From Dehalococcoidia bacterium (GTDB lineage: Bacteria > Chloroflexota > Dehalococcoidia > UBA2979), in NCBI GenBank assembly GCA_964291495.2, contig OZ219870.1, positions 1 through 31,654 on the forward strand: a stretch of 31,654 nt of DNA, in the 5' to 3' direction. The position numbers and the translations under genes were made by a program. This document shows positions 18,052-26,620 of the stretch, one piece after another. Under the pieces are notes generated by a model. It was not told where the DNA came from, did no database searches, and saw only the letters and a program-made list of their open reading frames with translations. Every line of letters starts with the position of its first letter. Positions within the stretch are counted from its first letter, which is position 1.

Positions 18052-19043
18052 GCGCCCAACGCCCGGGCGGACAGCACGCCCCCGAGGCCATCGCCGCCGA
18101 CGCCGAGCAGCCCTACATCCGCTGCGAGGACGTATTCAAGATCTACAAGTCCGAGGAGCTCGAGGTGGTCGCGCTGCGCGGCCTGGACCTCGAGGTCTAC
18201 CGCGGCGAGATGATGGCCCTCGTCGGCGCCTCCGGCTCCGGCAAGAGCACGCTGCTCAACATCCTCGCCGGTCTCGACCAGCCCTCGGCCGGCCGCGTCG
18301 AGGTGGGCGGGCGCGATCTGCTGACCACGCCGGCCGAGGAGCTCGTCGACTACCGCCGCTCGGAGGTCGGCTTCGTCTGGCAGCAGACCGGTCGCAACCT
18401 GATCCCCTACCTCGGCGCCCGCGCGAACATCGAGATGCCGCTGATGATCGAGGGCGCCTCGCGGGGCGCCGCACGCGAGCGCGCGACCGAGCTGCTGGCG
18501 AGCGTCGGGCTCGCCGACAAGGCGCGCAACCGCCCCGACCAGCTCTCGGGCGGGGAGCAGCAGCGCGTCGCTATCGCCGTCGCGCTCGCCAACAACCCTC
18601 CGCTGCTGCTCGCCGACGAGCCAACCGGCGAGCTGGACAACGCGACCGCCAGCGAGGTCTTCGACGTCTTCGCCCAGCTCAACGAGCAGACCGGCGTGAC
18701 GATCGTGATCGTCACCCACGACGCCTCGATCATCGAGCGCGTGCACCGCGTCGTCGCCTTCCGCGACGGCAAGACCAGCGCCGAGATCGTGCGCCGCACG
18801 CGCTTCTCCCGCGAGGAGCAGTCCGATGTCGACGAGTACGCCGTGGTCGACCGCAGCGGTCGCCTGCAGGTGCCGCGTGACATCGCCGATGCGCTCGGCC
18901 TCGGCCGGCGCGCGCGCGTCAGCCTCGTCGGCGACCACATCGAGGTGCGCGCGGACCAGACCGCGGTCGGCCCGCCGCCGCGTGCGCCCTCGAACGTGCC
19001 ACCTTCGTCGCCGCCCAGCGCGCCGCCGCCGGAGGCGCCATGA
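18048..19043 (+). CDS. ABC ATP-binding protein (MacB/LolD type) with C-terminal AbrB/MazE-like extension
   Basis: GASGSGKST, LSGGEQQRV, LLADEPTGELD, VTHD; tail YAVVDRSGRLQVPRDIADALGL. Confidence 0.95.
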   Translation: MSAQRPGGQHAPEAIAADAEQPYIRCEDVFKIYKSEELEVVALRGLDLEVYRGEMMALVGASGSGKSTLLNILAGLDQPSAGRVEVGGRDLLTTPAEELVDYRRSEVGFVWQQTGRNLIPYLGARANIEMPLMIEGASRGAARERATELLASVGLADKARNRPDQLSGGEQQRVAIAVALANNPPLLLADEPTGELDNATASEVFDVFAQLNEQTGVTIVIVTHDASIIERVHRVVAFRDGKTSAEIVRRTRFSREEQSDVDEYAVVDRSGRLQVPRDIADALGLGRRARVSLVGDHIEVRADQTAVGPPPRAPSNVPPSSPPSAPPPEAP

Positions 19044-19747
19044 CGGAGCCGCTGGTCGACGTGCGCGAGGTCAATCGCAGCTTCCGCGGAGCGGGCGCCG
19101 TGGTGCACGCGGTGCGCAACGTGACGCTTCAGGTGCAGCACGGCGAGTTCGTCGCCCTGCAGGGCCGCTCCGGCTCCGGCAAGACCACGCTGCTCAACCT
19201 GATCGCCGGCCTCGATCGCCCCGAGGGCGGCAGCGTCCACCTCGACGGCGAGGAGATCTCGAGCGCGAGCGAGTCGCGGCTGACGGCGCTGCGCCGTCAC
19301 AAGATCGGATTCGTCTTCCAGTCCTTCGCCCTGCTGCCACTGTTCTCGGCGCGCGAGAACGTGGAACTGGCGCTGCGCATCGCCGGCGTGCACGGCCGCG
19401 CCGCCTCGCAGCGCGCGAACGAGGCGCTCGACCTCGTCGGGCTGGGGCCACGCGCCGATCACCGCCCCTACGAGCTGTCCGGCGGCGAGCAACAGCGCGT
19501 CGCGATCGCACGCGCGATCGCCAACCGCCCACCGCTGCTGATCGCCGACGAGCCGACCGGCGAGCTGGACTCGGCGACCGGCGCGCAGATCTTCGAGCTG
19601 CTGCAGGAGATCAGCGCCGAGGGCACGACCGTGATCACCGCCACCCACGATCCGCTGATGATCGAACACGTCGAGCGCGTGCTGGAGATGGCCGACGGCG
19701 AACTGATCGCCGAGAGCGGGCCCGACGACTGGGGGCCGCCGGCGTAA
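19040..19747 (+). CDS. ABC ATP-binding protein (LolD/MacB type)
   Basis: GRSGSGKTT, LSGGEQQRV, IADEPTGELD, ATHD; ATGA coupling. Confidence 0.95.
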   Translation: MTEPLVDVREVNRSFRGAGAVVHAVRNVTLQVQHGEFVALQGRSGSGKTTLLNLIAGLDRPEGGSVHLDGEEISSASESRLTALRRHKIGFVFQSFALLPLFSARENVELALRIAGVHGRAASQRANEALDLVGLGPRADHRPYELSGGEQQRVAIARAIANRPPLLIADEPTGELDSATGAQIFELLQEISAEGTTVITATHDPLMIEHVERVLEMADGELIAESGPDDWGPPA

Positions 19748-19799
19748 CGCTCCGGCTGACGGCGCCCCCGCCCCCCGAACCCGCTAGGCTGCGCACGCG

Positions 19800-21068
19800 A
19801 TGACGAGCGACGCACCGACGGGCACACCTCGCTGGCTCGGCTGGCCGCGGCGCGGCTGGCTGCGGCTCGGCGGCTGGCTGCTGCTGCTGATCGCGCTGCG
19901 GCTCGTCCTCGTGCCCGCCGAGGCGCGCGATCCGGCGACCAGCGAGGAGCTGCGCGCCGCTGTCTCGGCCGCGAGCGAGTGGATGCAACACGCGCAGACC
20001 GCGCACGACGACGGGCGCTATCTCTACCTCTACGACCCGGCCCGGGACGCCGCCATCGACGACTACAACGACGTGCGCCACGCCGGCGTCACGATGGCGC
20101 TCTACCAGGCCGCCGGCCGCGACGGCGACCTCGAGGCGCTCGCCGCCGCCGACCGCGCCGTCGAGTGGATGACGGCGCATCTCCACCGCCACGACGGCTG
20201 GGCGGCGCTGACCGACGTGCACGGCGTGCGCGCGAAGGTCGGCGGCACCGCGCTGATGGTCGTCGCCCTCGCCGAGCGGCGGCTGGCGACCGGAGACACG
20301 CGCCACGACGCGCTAATGCGCGAGCTGGGCGCCTTCCTGGCGGCGATGCAGCGCCCGGACGGCGGCTTCCTCGTCGCCTGGGAGATCCCGGCCGGCGAGC
20401 CGGACCGTGTCGGCACCTCCCGCTACTACCCCGGCGAGGCGCTGTGGGCGCTGGCGCTGCTGCACGAGGCATTCCCCGGCGAGGGCTGGGACGAGCACGC
20501 GCGCGCCGCCTCGATCTTCATCACCACCCGCCGTGACGACGTGGAGGGCGTGCGCTTCCAGCCGCTCGCCGACCACTGGGCCGCCTACGGGCTCGCCGAG
20601 ATGGCGGAGTGGGGGCTGAGCGAGCCTGAGCTCGAGTACGCGCGACGCCTCGCGGGCCGCTTCGGCTTCCTGATCCGCGTCGAGATGCAGCGCACGCACG
20701 GCCTCTTCGGCGGCCCCGGGCGGCTGCTTCGCGAGGAGGTGCCGGCCTCCGCCTTCGGCACCTGGATCGAGGGCATGTCCGCGCTCTGGCGCCTCTCGAC
20801 GGCCGACGAGCGGATGGCGGACCTGCGCCCCGCCATCGAGGAGCGCCTCGCGCTCGGCGCGGGCCTGCTCGCGCGGCGGCAGATCGACGCGGCCGAGGCA
20901 GGCGGCTACGCAAAGCCGGAGCTTGTGCGCGGGGCGTGGGTGAGCGGTGGCCTGACGCGCATGGACGACCAGCAGCACGCGCTGTCCGGCCTGCTCTACG
21001 CCTCGGACGCAATCGAGGGCCGGACCAACCGCTCGCCGGACGTGCTGCTACCGAGCCCGCAACGGTGA
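19800..21068 (+). CDS. Membrane-anchored/secreted helical protein of unknown function (alpha/alpha-toroid-like)
   Basis: N-terminal hydrophobic segment; motif-like blocks YNDVRHAG, QRPDGGF, YYPGEALWAL, DHWAAY, RMDDQQH. Confidence 0.75.
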   Translation: MTSDAPTGTPRWLGWPRRGWLRLGGWLLLLIALRLVLVPAEARDPATSEELRAAVSAASEWMQHAQTAHDDGRYLYLYDPARDAAIDDYNDVRHAGVTMALYQAAGRDGDLEALAAADRAVEWMTAHLHRHDGWAALTDVHGVRAKVGGTALMVVALAERRLATGDTRHDALMRELGAFLAAMQRPDGGFLVAWEIPAGEPDRVGTSRYYPGEALWALALLHEAFPGEGWDEHARAASIFITTRRDDVEGVRFQPLADHWAAYGLAEMAEWGLSEPELEYARRLAGRFGFLIRVEMQRTHGLFGGPGRLLREEVPASAFGTWIEGMSALWRLSTADERMADLRPAIEERLALGAGLLARRQIDAAEAGGYAKPELVRGAWVSGGLTRMDDQQHALSGLLYASDAIEGRTNRSPDVLLPSPQR

Positions 21069-21081
21069 AGGGAAGTGCCGC

Positions 21082-21666
21082 ATGAGTGAGCTGCCGCTGC
21101 TGCTGATCGTCTTCTGGGCGGCGCTGAACCCGCCGGCCTCGGCCGCCTCGCTCGCCTCGGTGGAGCCACTGGCGGCGGAGCGGCGGAACCGCCTGCTCGC
21201 GGCGGCGGGCGCGCTCGCCGCCGTCTTGCTGCTGCTCGCCGCCGTGCTGCACGGGCCGCTGCTCGACCTGCTCGACGTCTCCGCCGCCAGCTTCGACATC
21301 GCCGCCGGCCTCGTGCTCATCGCCGGCGCGGCCCGTCCGTTGCTGCGCGGGCGCGCCATCGAGGAGGCCGTGGCCGCCGCCGTGGGCGACGGAGGGCGCG
21401 CCGTCCTCGCCCCACTCGCCGTCCCGCTGCTCGCGACGCCCGCCGCGCTCGCCGCCGCCGTCTCCTGGGGCGAGCGCGCGGGCGAGGCGCCGACCGCCGT
21501 GGTGGCGGTCGCGCTCGTCGCCCTCACCGCGCTCTGGCTGGCGCGAGGCCCGCAGCCACGCTCACGCGCCGGCCGAGCGACCCTCGACGCCCTCGCGCGG
21601 CTCACGGGCGCGCTGCTGGCCGTGCTCGCGGTGGGGCTGGTGGTGCAGGGCATCCTGGCTGTGTAG
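21082..21666 (+). CDS. MarC family membrane protein (divergent)
   Basis: LNPP, SFDIAAGLVL, PLAVPLLATPAA, LARLTGALLAVLAV follow the MarC pattern; about 6 TM segments. Confidence 0.8.
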   Translation: MSELPLLLIVFWAALNPPASAASLASVEPLAAERRNRLLAAAGALAAVLLLLAAVLHGPLLDLLDVSAASFDIAAGLVLIAGAARPLLRGRAIEEAVAAAVGDGGRAVLAPLAVPLLATPAALAAAVSWGERAGEAPTAVVAVALVALTALWLARGPQPRSRAGRATLDALARLTGALLAVLAVGLVVQGILAV

Positions 21667-21672
21667 GCCCGT

Positions 21673-21812
21673 TCCGGTCCCCTCTCCCCGAGGGAGAGGG
21701 TCAGGGTGAGGGAGGATCCGCCCGCTGGAGTTTCGTTGCGCCGTCGGGGCCTTCGAAGGGGCGCGGAGTCCTCCCCCCACCCCCGCCTTCTCCCCAGGGA
21801 GAGGGGGCCGGA
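21673..21812 (+). repeat. Composite REP/BIME-like element, third copy
   Basis: Aligns with 7001-7140, including the linker between two inverted CCCTCTCCC..GGGAGAGGG units. Confidence 0.88.
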
Positions 21813-21899
21813 CCGCACTCGACAGTCGGTGCGCCCTCGTGGGTTCCGAGTGGCCGGGGCGGCGGGCGCAACAACCCCCTGAGGCACGAGCACCTGCGG

Positions 21900-21945
21900 G
21901 CGAGCCCCCTCACCCCCGCCCTCTCCCCCAGGAGAGGGGGCCGGA
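21900..21945 (+). repeat. REP-like unit identical (46/46) to the reverse complement of 31340-31385
   Basis: GCGAGCCCCCTCACCCCCGCCCTCTCCCCCAGGAGAGGGGGCCGGA, compared base by base. Confidence 0.92.
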
Positions 21946-22006
21946 CCGCACGCGAAGCTGAGTTGCGCCCTCGCGACTCTGGGGGCTCGGCGGTGGGTCG
22001 GCGTGC

Positions 22007-22078
22007 CTGGATTCCGGCTTTCGCCGGAATGACGGGAAGGGCGAGCCGGAGTAACGGGAGGGCGAGCTGGAGTGACGG
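22007..22078 (-). repeat. GTCATTCCGGCGAAAGCCGGAATCCAG palindrome plus degenerate ~22-bp tandem copies
   Basis: ATTCCGGC-TTTC-GCCGGAAT stem, followed by ccggaatgacgggaagggcgag / ccggagtaacgggagggcgag / ctggagtgacgg. Confidence 0.75.
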
Positions 22079-22092
22079 CTCTGCAGAGTCTC

Positions 22093-22265
22093 CTCGGGGA
22101 GAAGGGCCGGACCGCCCTCGAGACTTCCGAGCGGGGGCGTGGGGGCGCAGCCCCCACAAAGTGGGGCGCGGGGCGCAGCCCCGCATCCATTGAGGGCGGG
22201 TGGGTGGGCCCGAGCCGCGCAGCGTGCTCGTCCGGGATGGGGGTGTGGGGGGCTGCGCCCCCACA
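22093..22265 (+). repeat. Module with GGGGCGCAGCCCC hairpins, shared in inverted form with 31450-31590
   Basis: GTGGGGGCGCAGCCCCCAC-type hairpins x3; GAGGGCGGGTGGGTGGGCCCGAGCCGCGC occurs in both loci. Confidence 0.8.
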
Positions 22266-22284
22266 GAGGGAAGGCGGGGCTGCC

Positions 22285-23289
22285 TCAGGTGCGTGCGGCT
22301 TGCTGCGCGACGGCGCCGAGGAGGCGCTCGGCGTCCTCGCTGAACGGGAGGCGGCGGTCGATTGAGGCCTCGGCGGAACGAATCTGCGCCTCGTTGTCCC
22401 AGCGCGCGCCGATCGAGAGCGGGAGCACGGTGTTCCAGATCTCGGCTGCCGTGATGAGGGGTGCGATCAGCGCCGCCTCCTCCTCGCTGAGCGCGTCCTG
22501 CGCCAGGTTCACGTAGCCGGCCAGCCACGCGCCCGCGCGCTTCGCCGAAACGCCGCAATCGACCGCGAGGCTGCGCGCGATGTCGGCGACCCGCGCGTTG
22601 CGATGCGTCAGGTCGAAGTCGAACAGCGCCGTCACGGTGTCGTCCCGGAAGCGCACGTTCTCGCCGAGGCACTCGTAGTAGACGAGCTGGTCGGGCAGGT
22701 CCGCGAACCCACCCGCCGCGAGCGCCTCGCGGTTGCGCGCGAGGGCGTCCGCGAGCGCTCCCGCCCGCGCCTCGTCGCGCCCGGCGTACCAGGCCAGCAG
22801 CGCCTCGACATTCTCGTGTCCGTCCGCGCGCACGTTGGCGTCGAGGTCGTCGGCGCGGCCGAAGCCGGGGCGCTGGCCGAAGTCCGGCGCCTCGGCGAGG
22901 TCGGCGTGGAGCAACGCGAGCAACGCGCCCTTGCGCTGCAGGTAGAGGAGCGCGTCGGGCGGCGCGGGCTCGCCGGAGCGCCAGCGGAACAGCGCCCACA
23001 GCCCCGCGTCGGTCTCGGCCAGCGTGCGCCCTCGGGCGTCCGCAATCGGCGCCGCCACCGGCCAGTCGCGGTCGCCGAGGAAGCCGAGCACGCGATGCTC
23101 GTAGGCGATGTCGCCCGCGCCATGCCGCGGGTGGTAGCGGCGCAGCACGTAGGGCCGCTCCTCACCCGCGACCGCGATGCGCCAGTGCTCGTTGGCCGCG
23201 CCGCCGCCCAGCCGCTCGGCCTCGCCAGCGAGATCCCAGCGCGAGAGCGCCTCGACGATCGCCGCGCGCAGCGCGGGTGCGAGGGTCAT
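22285..23289 (-). CDS. APH/homoserine kinase type II-like phosphotransferase-fold protein
   Basis: LGGGAANEHW, YVLRRY, YEHRVLGFL, LALLH, ALFDFD; catalytic loop atypical (YYECLGEN); ATGA coupling to the CoA-transferase. Confidence 0.85.
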   Translation of the reverse strand: MTLAPALRAAIVEALSRWDLAGEAERLGGGAANEHWRIAVAGEERPYVLRRYHPRHGAGDIAYEHRVLGFLGDRDWPVAAPIADARGRTLAETDAGLWALFRWRSGEPAPPDALLYLQRKGALLALLHADLAEAPDFGQRPGFGRADDLDANVRADGHENVEALLAWYAGRDEARAGALADALARNREALAAGGFADLPDQLVYYECLGENVRFRDDTVTALFDFDLTHRNARVADIARSLAVDCGVSAKRAGAWLAGYVNLAQDALSEEEAALIAPLITAAEIWNTVLPLSIGARWDNEAQIRSAEASIDRRLPFSEDAERLLGAVAQQAART

Positions 23290-24608
23290 TGCCGCGACGG
23301 CCCATCCGCGTCGTCGCGGATCACGCTGGCAGCGAGCAGGTCCGCGCGCTCCTCCTCGGCGACGCCCAACTCCTCGAGGATCTCGTGGGTGTGGCGGCCG
23401 AGCGGTGGCGCGGCCTGCGGCACGCGCGTCGGCGTGCCCTCCATCTCGACGATCGGGCCGACGACGCGCTGCGGGCCGGTGATCTCGTGCTCGATGTCCC
23501 AGATCATGCCCTCGGCCTGAACGTGCTCGTCCTCGGACATCTCCTCGGCGAACTGCACCTGCGAGACCGGCGCGCCGCCCGCGTCGTCGAGGATCGCGCG
23601 CCACTCCGCGGCGGTCCTGGTGCGGATCCGCTCCTGGATCGTGCGCTTCCACTCGCGCGCCTCGGCGATGTTCTCGGGGTCGTAGACGTCGTAGTCGGGG
23701 TCGTCGGAGCGCTCCGTCTCGGCGCCGACGGCGCGCCGGATCGTGTCGCGCCCGGCGGGGCTGAGCGCGCCGAAGAACATTCCGCCGTCCTTCGCCTGGT
23801 AGCCGCCGTAGTAGAGGTTGAACCCTGCGCCGAGGCCGCGCCGCTCGTTGTGCGCGGCGACCTGCTCGGCGTAGTCGCCGCCGCGCGCGCGGATCGCATC
23901 GAGCTCGGCCATCATCACGTCGCGGCTGGAGGCGTCGGTGACCGGCTCGCGCATCACCGCCGAGCCCTGCGCGAACAGCGTCGAGCGCAGCAGCGAGCCG
24001 CGCACGAGCTGCCCCTCGCCGGTCTGCGCGCGGTGGTAGAGCGCGGCGGCGATGCCCATCGCCGAGGCCGTGCCCGTCATGTGGTCGGCGAGGGCGATCG
24101 AGAGCGCGGAGCGGGGCGCGCCGTCCTCGTCGACCTGTCCGCCGCCGGCGATCAGCCCGGCGTAGGCCTGCACGACCACGTCCGAGCCGGCGCGGGGCGC
24201 CTCGGGGCCGTGGAAGCCGAAGGCGTTCATCTCGAGGTACACGAGGTCCGGGCGGTACTGCCGCAGCGTCTCGTAGTCGATGCCGAGGCGCTTTGTCACG
24301 CCGGGGCGGTAGTTGGTCAGCACCACGTCGAACTGCGGGATGATGCGATGGATCAGCTCGCGTCCGCGCTCCTCGCGGAGGTCCACGACGAGGCTGCGCT
24401 TGCCGTGGTTGTAGGCCTGGTAGTGCTTGCTCTCGCCCGGAACGACGCTGCCGTTGCGGCGCTGGGGATCGCCCATCGGCGGCTCGATCTTGACGACGTC
24501 GGCACCCATCTGGGCGAGCAGCATCCCGCAGACCGGCCCGGCGAGCACGACCGTGAACTCCATGACGCGCACGCCGCCCAGCGCGCCCCACTGCGCCTCC
24601 CCGCTCAT
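23286..24608 (-). CDS. CaiB/BaiF family III CoA-transferase
   Basis: LAGPVCGMLLAQMGADVVKIEPPMGD, NHGKRS, NYRPG, ALADHMTG (active-site Asp), PPLGRHT. Confidence 0.95.
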   Translation of the reverse strand: MSGEAQWGALGGVRVMEFTVVLAGPVCGMLLAQMGADVVKIEPPMGDPQRRNGSVVPGESKHYQAYNHGKRSLVVDLREERGRELIHRIIPQFDVVLTNYRPGVTKRLGIDYETLRQYRPDLVYLEMNAFGFHGPEAPRAGSDVVVQAYAGLIAGGGQVDEDGAPRSALSIALADHMTGTASAMGIAAALYHRAQTGEGQLVRGSLLRSTLFAQGSAVMREPVTDASSRDVMMAELDAIRARGGDYAEQVAAHNERRGLGAGFNLYYGGYQAKDGGMFFGALSPAGRDTIRRAVGAETERSDDPDYDVYDPENIAEAREWKRTIQERIRTRTAAEWRAILDDAGGAPVSQVQFAEEMSEDEHVQAEGMIWDIEHEITGPQRVVGPIVEMEGTPTRVPQAAPPLGRHTHEILEELGVAEEERADLLAASVIRDDADGPSRQ

Positions 24609-24725
24609 CGGCCGCCTCCCGTTCCGCAGCGCGCCCGGGGCGCCGCCCCGCCACTATGGCGGAACGCGCCCGCTCGCGTGAACCTCCGGCGGCGGCGGGG
24701 GCGAACTGGCGCCACAGCAGCCAGC

Positions 24726-24734
24726 TGTTAAGCT
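24726..24734 (+). promoter_or_regulatory. Probable extended -10 (TGtTAAGCT) for the helicase gene
   Basis: TGn-TAnnnT pattern in an AT-richer patch about 235 nt upstream of the start codon. Confidence 0.4.
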
Positions 24735-24968
24735 ATGTCTACGCAACACCGATGGAGGCCAGCGTTCGCAGACGCTTCTCGGTGACCTTACGCGACGCAC
24801 ATCATTCCCTCCGCAGGCGGTCCGCCTCGACAAGCCTGCTCCGCAGCACGAACTGAGCCACAGTCGTGATCCGGCGCGGGAGGCGCGCCGTTGCCGGATG
24901 GCAGCGCGTGCCCCGGTGCGACACGAGTGACCATGCCCCACACAGTCGGGGCACTGCAGGGAGAACGC

Positions 24969-26483
24969 TTGACCACCACCTTCGCCGGCCTCGGCATCCC
25001 CGCCGGCCTCGCCGGGTTCCTCGAGGAACTCGGCTACACCACACCGTTCGATGTCCAGACCGCCACCATCCCCGACGCGCTTGCCGGCCGCGACGTCGCC
25101 GTGCGCGCGCCCACGGGCTCCGGCAAAACGCTCGCGTTTGGCGTGCCGCTGCTGATTGGCGCCGAGGACGCGGAACCGCGCCGGCCACGCGGCCTCGTAC
25201 TCGCGCCGACTCGTGAGCTGGCGGACCAGATCCAGCGCGAGCTGGAGCCGATCGCCCACGCCGGCGGTCGTAGCATCATCGCCGTCTACGGCGGCGTGGG
25301 CTTCGACCACCAGAAGCGCGCGCTCGCTCGAGGCGTGGACGTGCTCGTCGCCTGCCCCGGCCGGCTCGCCGACCTGATCGGTCAGGGCGACGTGGACCTG
25401 TCCGCTGTCCGGGTCGCCGTCATCGACGAGGCGGACCGAATGTCGGACATGGGCTTCCTGCCCGAGGTGAAGCGTCTGATGGACCGCACACCCGCGGACC
25501 GCCAGACACTCCTCTACTCCGCCACCCTCGATGGCGATGTCGCCGTGCTCACCCGCACGTACCAGCGCGACCCCGCCTTCCACGCGGTCGGTGACGCGCA
25601 GCCGAACATCGAGGAGATGCGGCACATCTTCTGGCGCCTCGACTCCGGCAGCCGTATCGAGGTCGCCTCGAACCTGATCCAGGCCGCCGGGCCGACCATC
25701 GTCTTCTGCCGCACGCGCCGCCGGGCCGACCGCATCGCGCGGCAGCTCGCTCGCGCCGGCGCCAGCTCGGCCGCCATCCACGGCTCGCGCTCACAGAACC
25801 AGCGCACCCGCGCCCTCAAGTCGTTCGCCGAGGGCAAGGTCGAGGCGCTCGTCGCCACGGATGTCGCCGCTCGGGGCATCCACGTGGACAGCGTCGCCTG
25901 TGTGCTCCACTTCGACCCGCCGGTCGATGACAAGACCTACATCCACCGCTCGGGCCGGACCGCGCGGGCCGGCGCCGAGGGTGTCGTCGTCTCCTTTATC
26001 GCCGACGACGAGCTTGGGGACGCAACGCGCATGGTGCGCAACCTCGGCCTGCGCGCCGACCTGAACACCCCGGCGCCCGTCTCGCTGCAGGGTGCGGTGG
26101 CGCGACTGAGGGCCGGGCCCCGCGAGAGCTTCGCCGACGCCGGCCTTGTCGCGGCGGCCTCCCTCGAGGCGCCACGCTCCGGCTCCGGAAGCGGACGCAA
26201 CGGACGGCGCAACGGCAACCGCCCGGCTGGCGTTGACGCCCGCGGGCGCGCCGTCACGACACCCCGCCGCGCCCCCCGCCACGACGCAGGCAACCGCCGC
26301 AACGGCGGCTCCGTGCGAGACGAGGGTTCACGACACCACGAGCCCAACCGCTCGCCCGCCGATCGCGACAGCCGGAACAAGGGCCCCGGGCACGCTCGCT
26401 CCCGTCCTCCGGGACGCGCCGCGGCCCAGCAGACACGCGCTGGACGCGGGCGGCCGGCACACGGAGCGCGGACGCGCCCTTGA
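24969..26483 (+). CDS. DEAD-box RNA helicase (RhlE/CshA-like) with basic C-terminal tail
   Basis: Q-motif GYTTPFDVQ, APTGSGKT, PTRELA, CPGRL, DEAD, SAT, ARGI, HRSGRTAR; TTG start after GGAG inferred. Confidence 0.95.
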   Translation: MTTTFAGLGIPAGLAGFLEELGYTTPFDVQTATIPDALAGRDVAVRAPTGSGKTLAFGVPLLIGAEDAEPRRPRGLVLAPTRELADQIQRELEPIAHAGGRSIIAVYGGVGFDHQKRALARGVDVLVACPGRLADLIGQGDVDLSAVRVAVIDEADRMSDMGFLPEVKRLMDRTPADRQTLLYSATLDGDVAVLTRTYQRDPAFHAVGDAQPNIEEMRHIFWRLDSGSRIEVASNLIQAAGPTIVFCRTRRRADRIARQLARAGASSAAIHGSRSQNQRTRALKSFAEGKVEALVATDVAARGIHVDSVACVLHFDPPVDDKTYIHRSGRTARAGAEGVVVSFIADDELGDATRMVRNLGLRADLNTPAPVSLQGAVARLRAGPRESFADAGLVAAASLEAPRSGSGSGRNGRRNGNRPAGVDARGRAVTTPRRAPRHDAGNRRNGGSVRDEGSRHHEPNRSPADRDSRNKGPGHARSRPPGRAAAQQTRAGRGRPAHGARTRP

Positions 26484-26620
26484 TCCCCTCCGGCGGACCG
26501 CGCTAGCCGCACCCGCACGTGGCTCAACCTCGCGCGCCCGGCCGGACCTGCCGCCGCGCGCGCCACGCCGCCCCGCCGACCGCCCGTCCTCCCGGCGCGA
26601 GCGGCTAGACTCGGCGGACC

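Noticed and set aside
21667-22284. Possible CRISPR array
   Set aside because: Repeats are heterogeneous, inverted and irregularly spaced; no cas genes.
21048-22999. ORFs spanning the repeat mosaic (PSPxPSP / GERAGVRG peptides)
   Set aside because: Translations of REP hairpins, not proteins; no transposase motifs.
23290-24654. 789-aa fusion ORF including the APH-like domain
   Set aside because: The upstream part is an alternate frame of the CoA-transferase; ATGA coupling at 23286-23289 defines the real start.
25354-25368. CPGRL instead of TPGRL in the helicase
   Set aside because: Common variant in RhlE-like helicases; all other motifs are intact.
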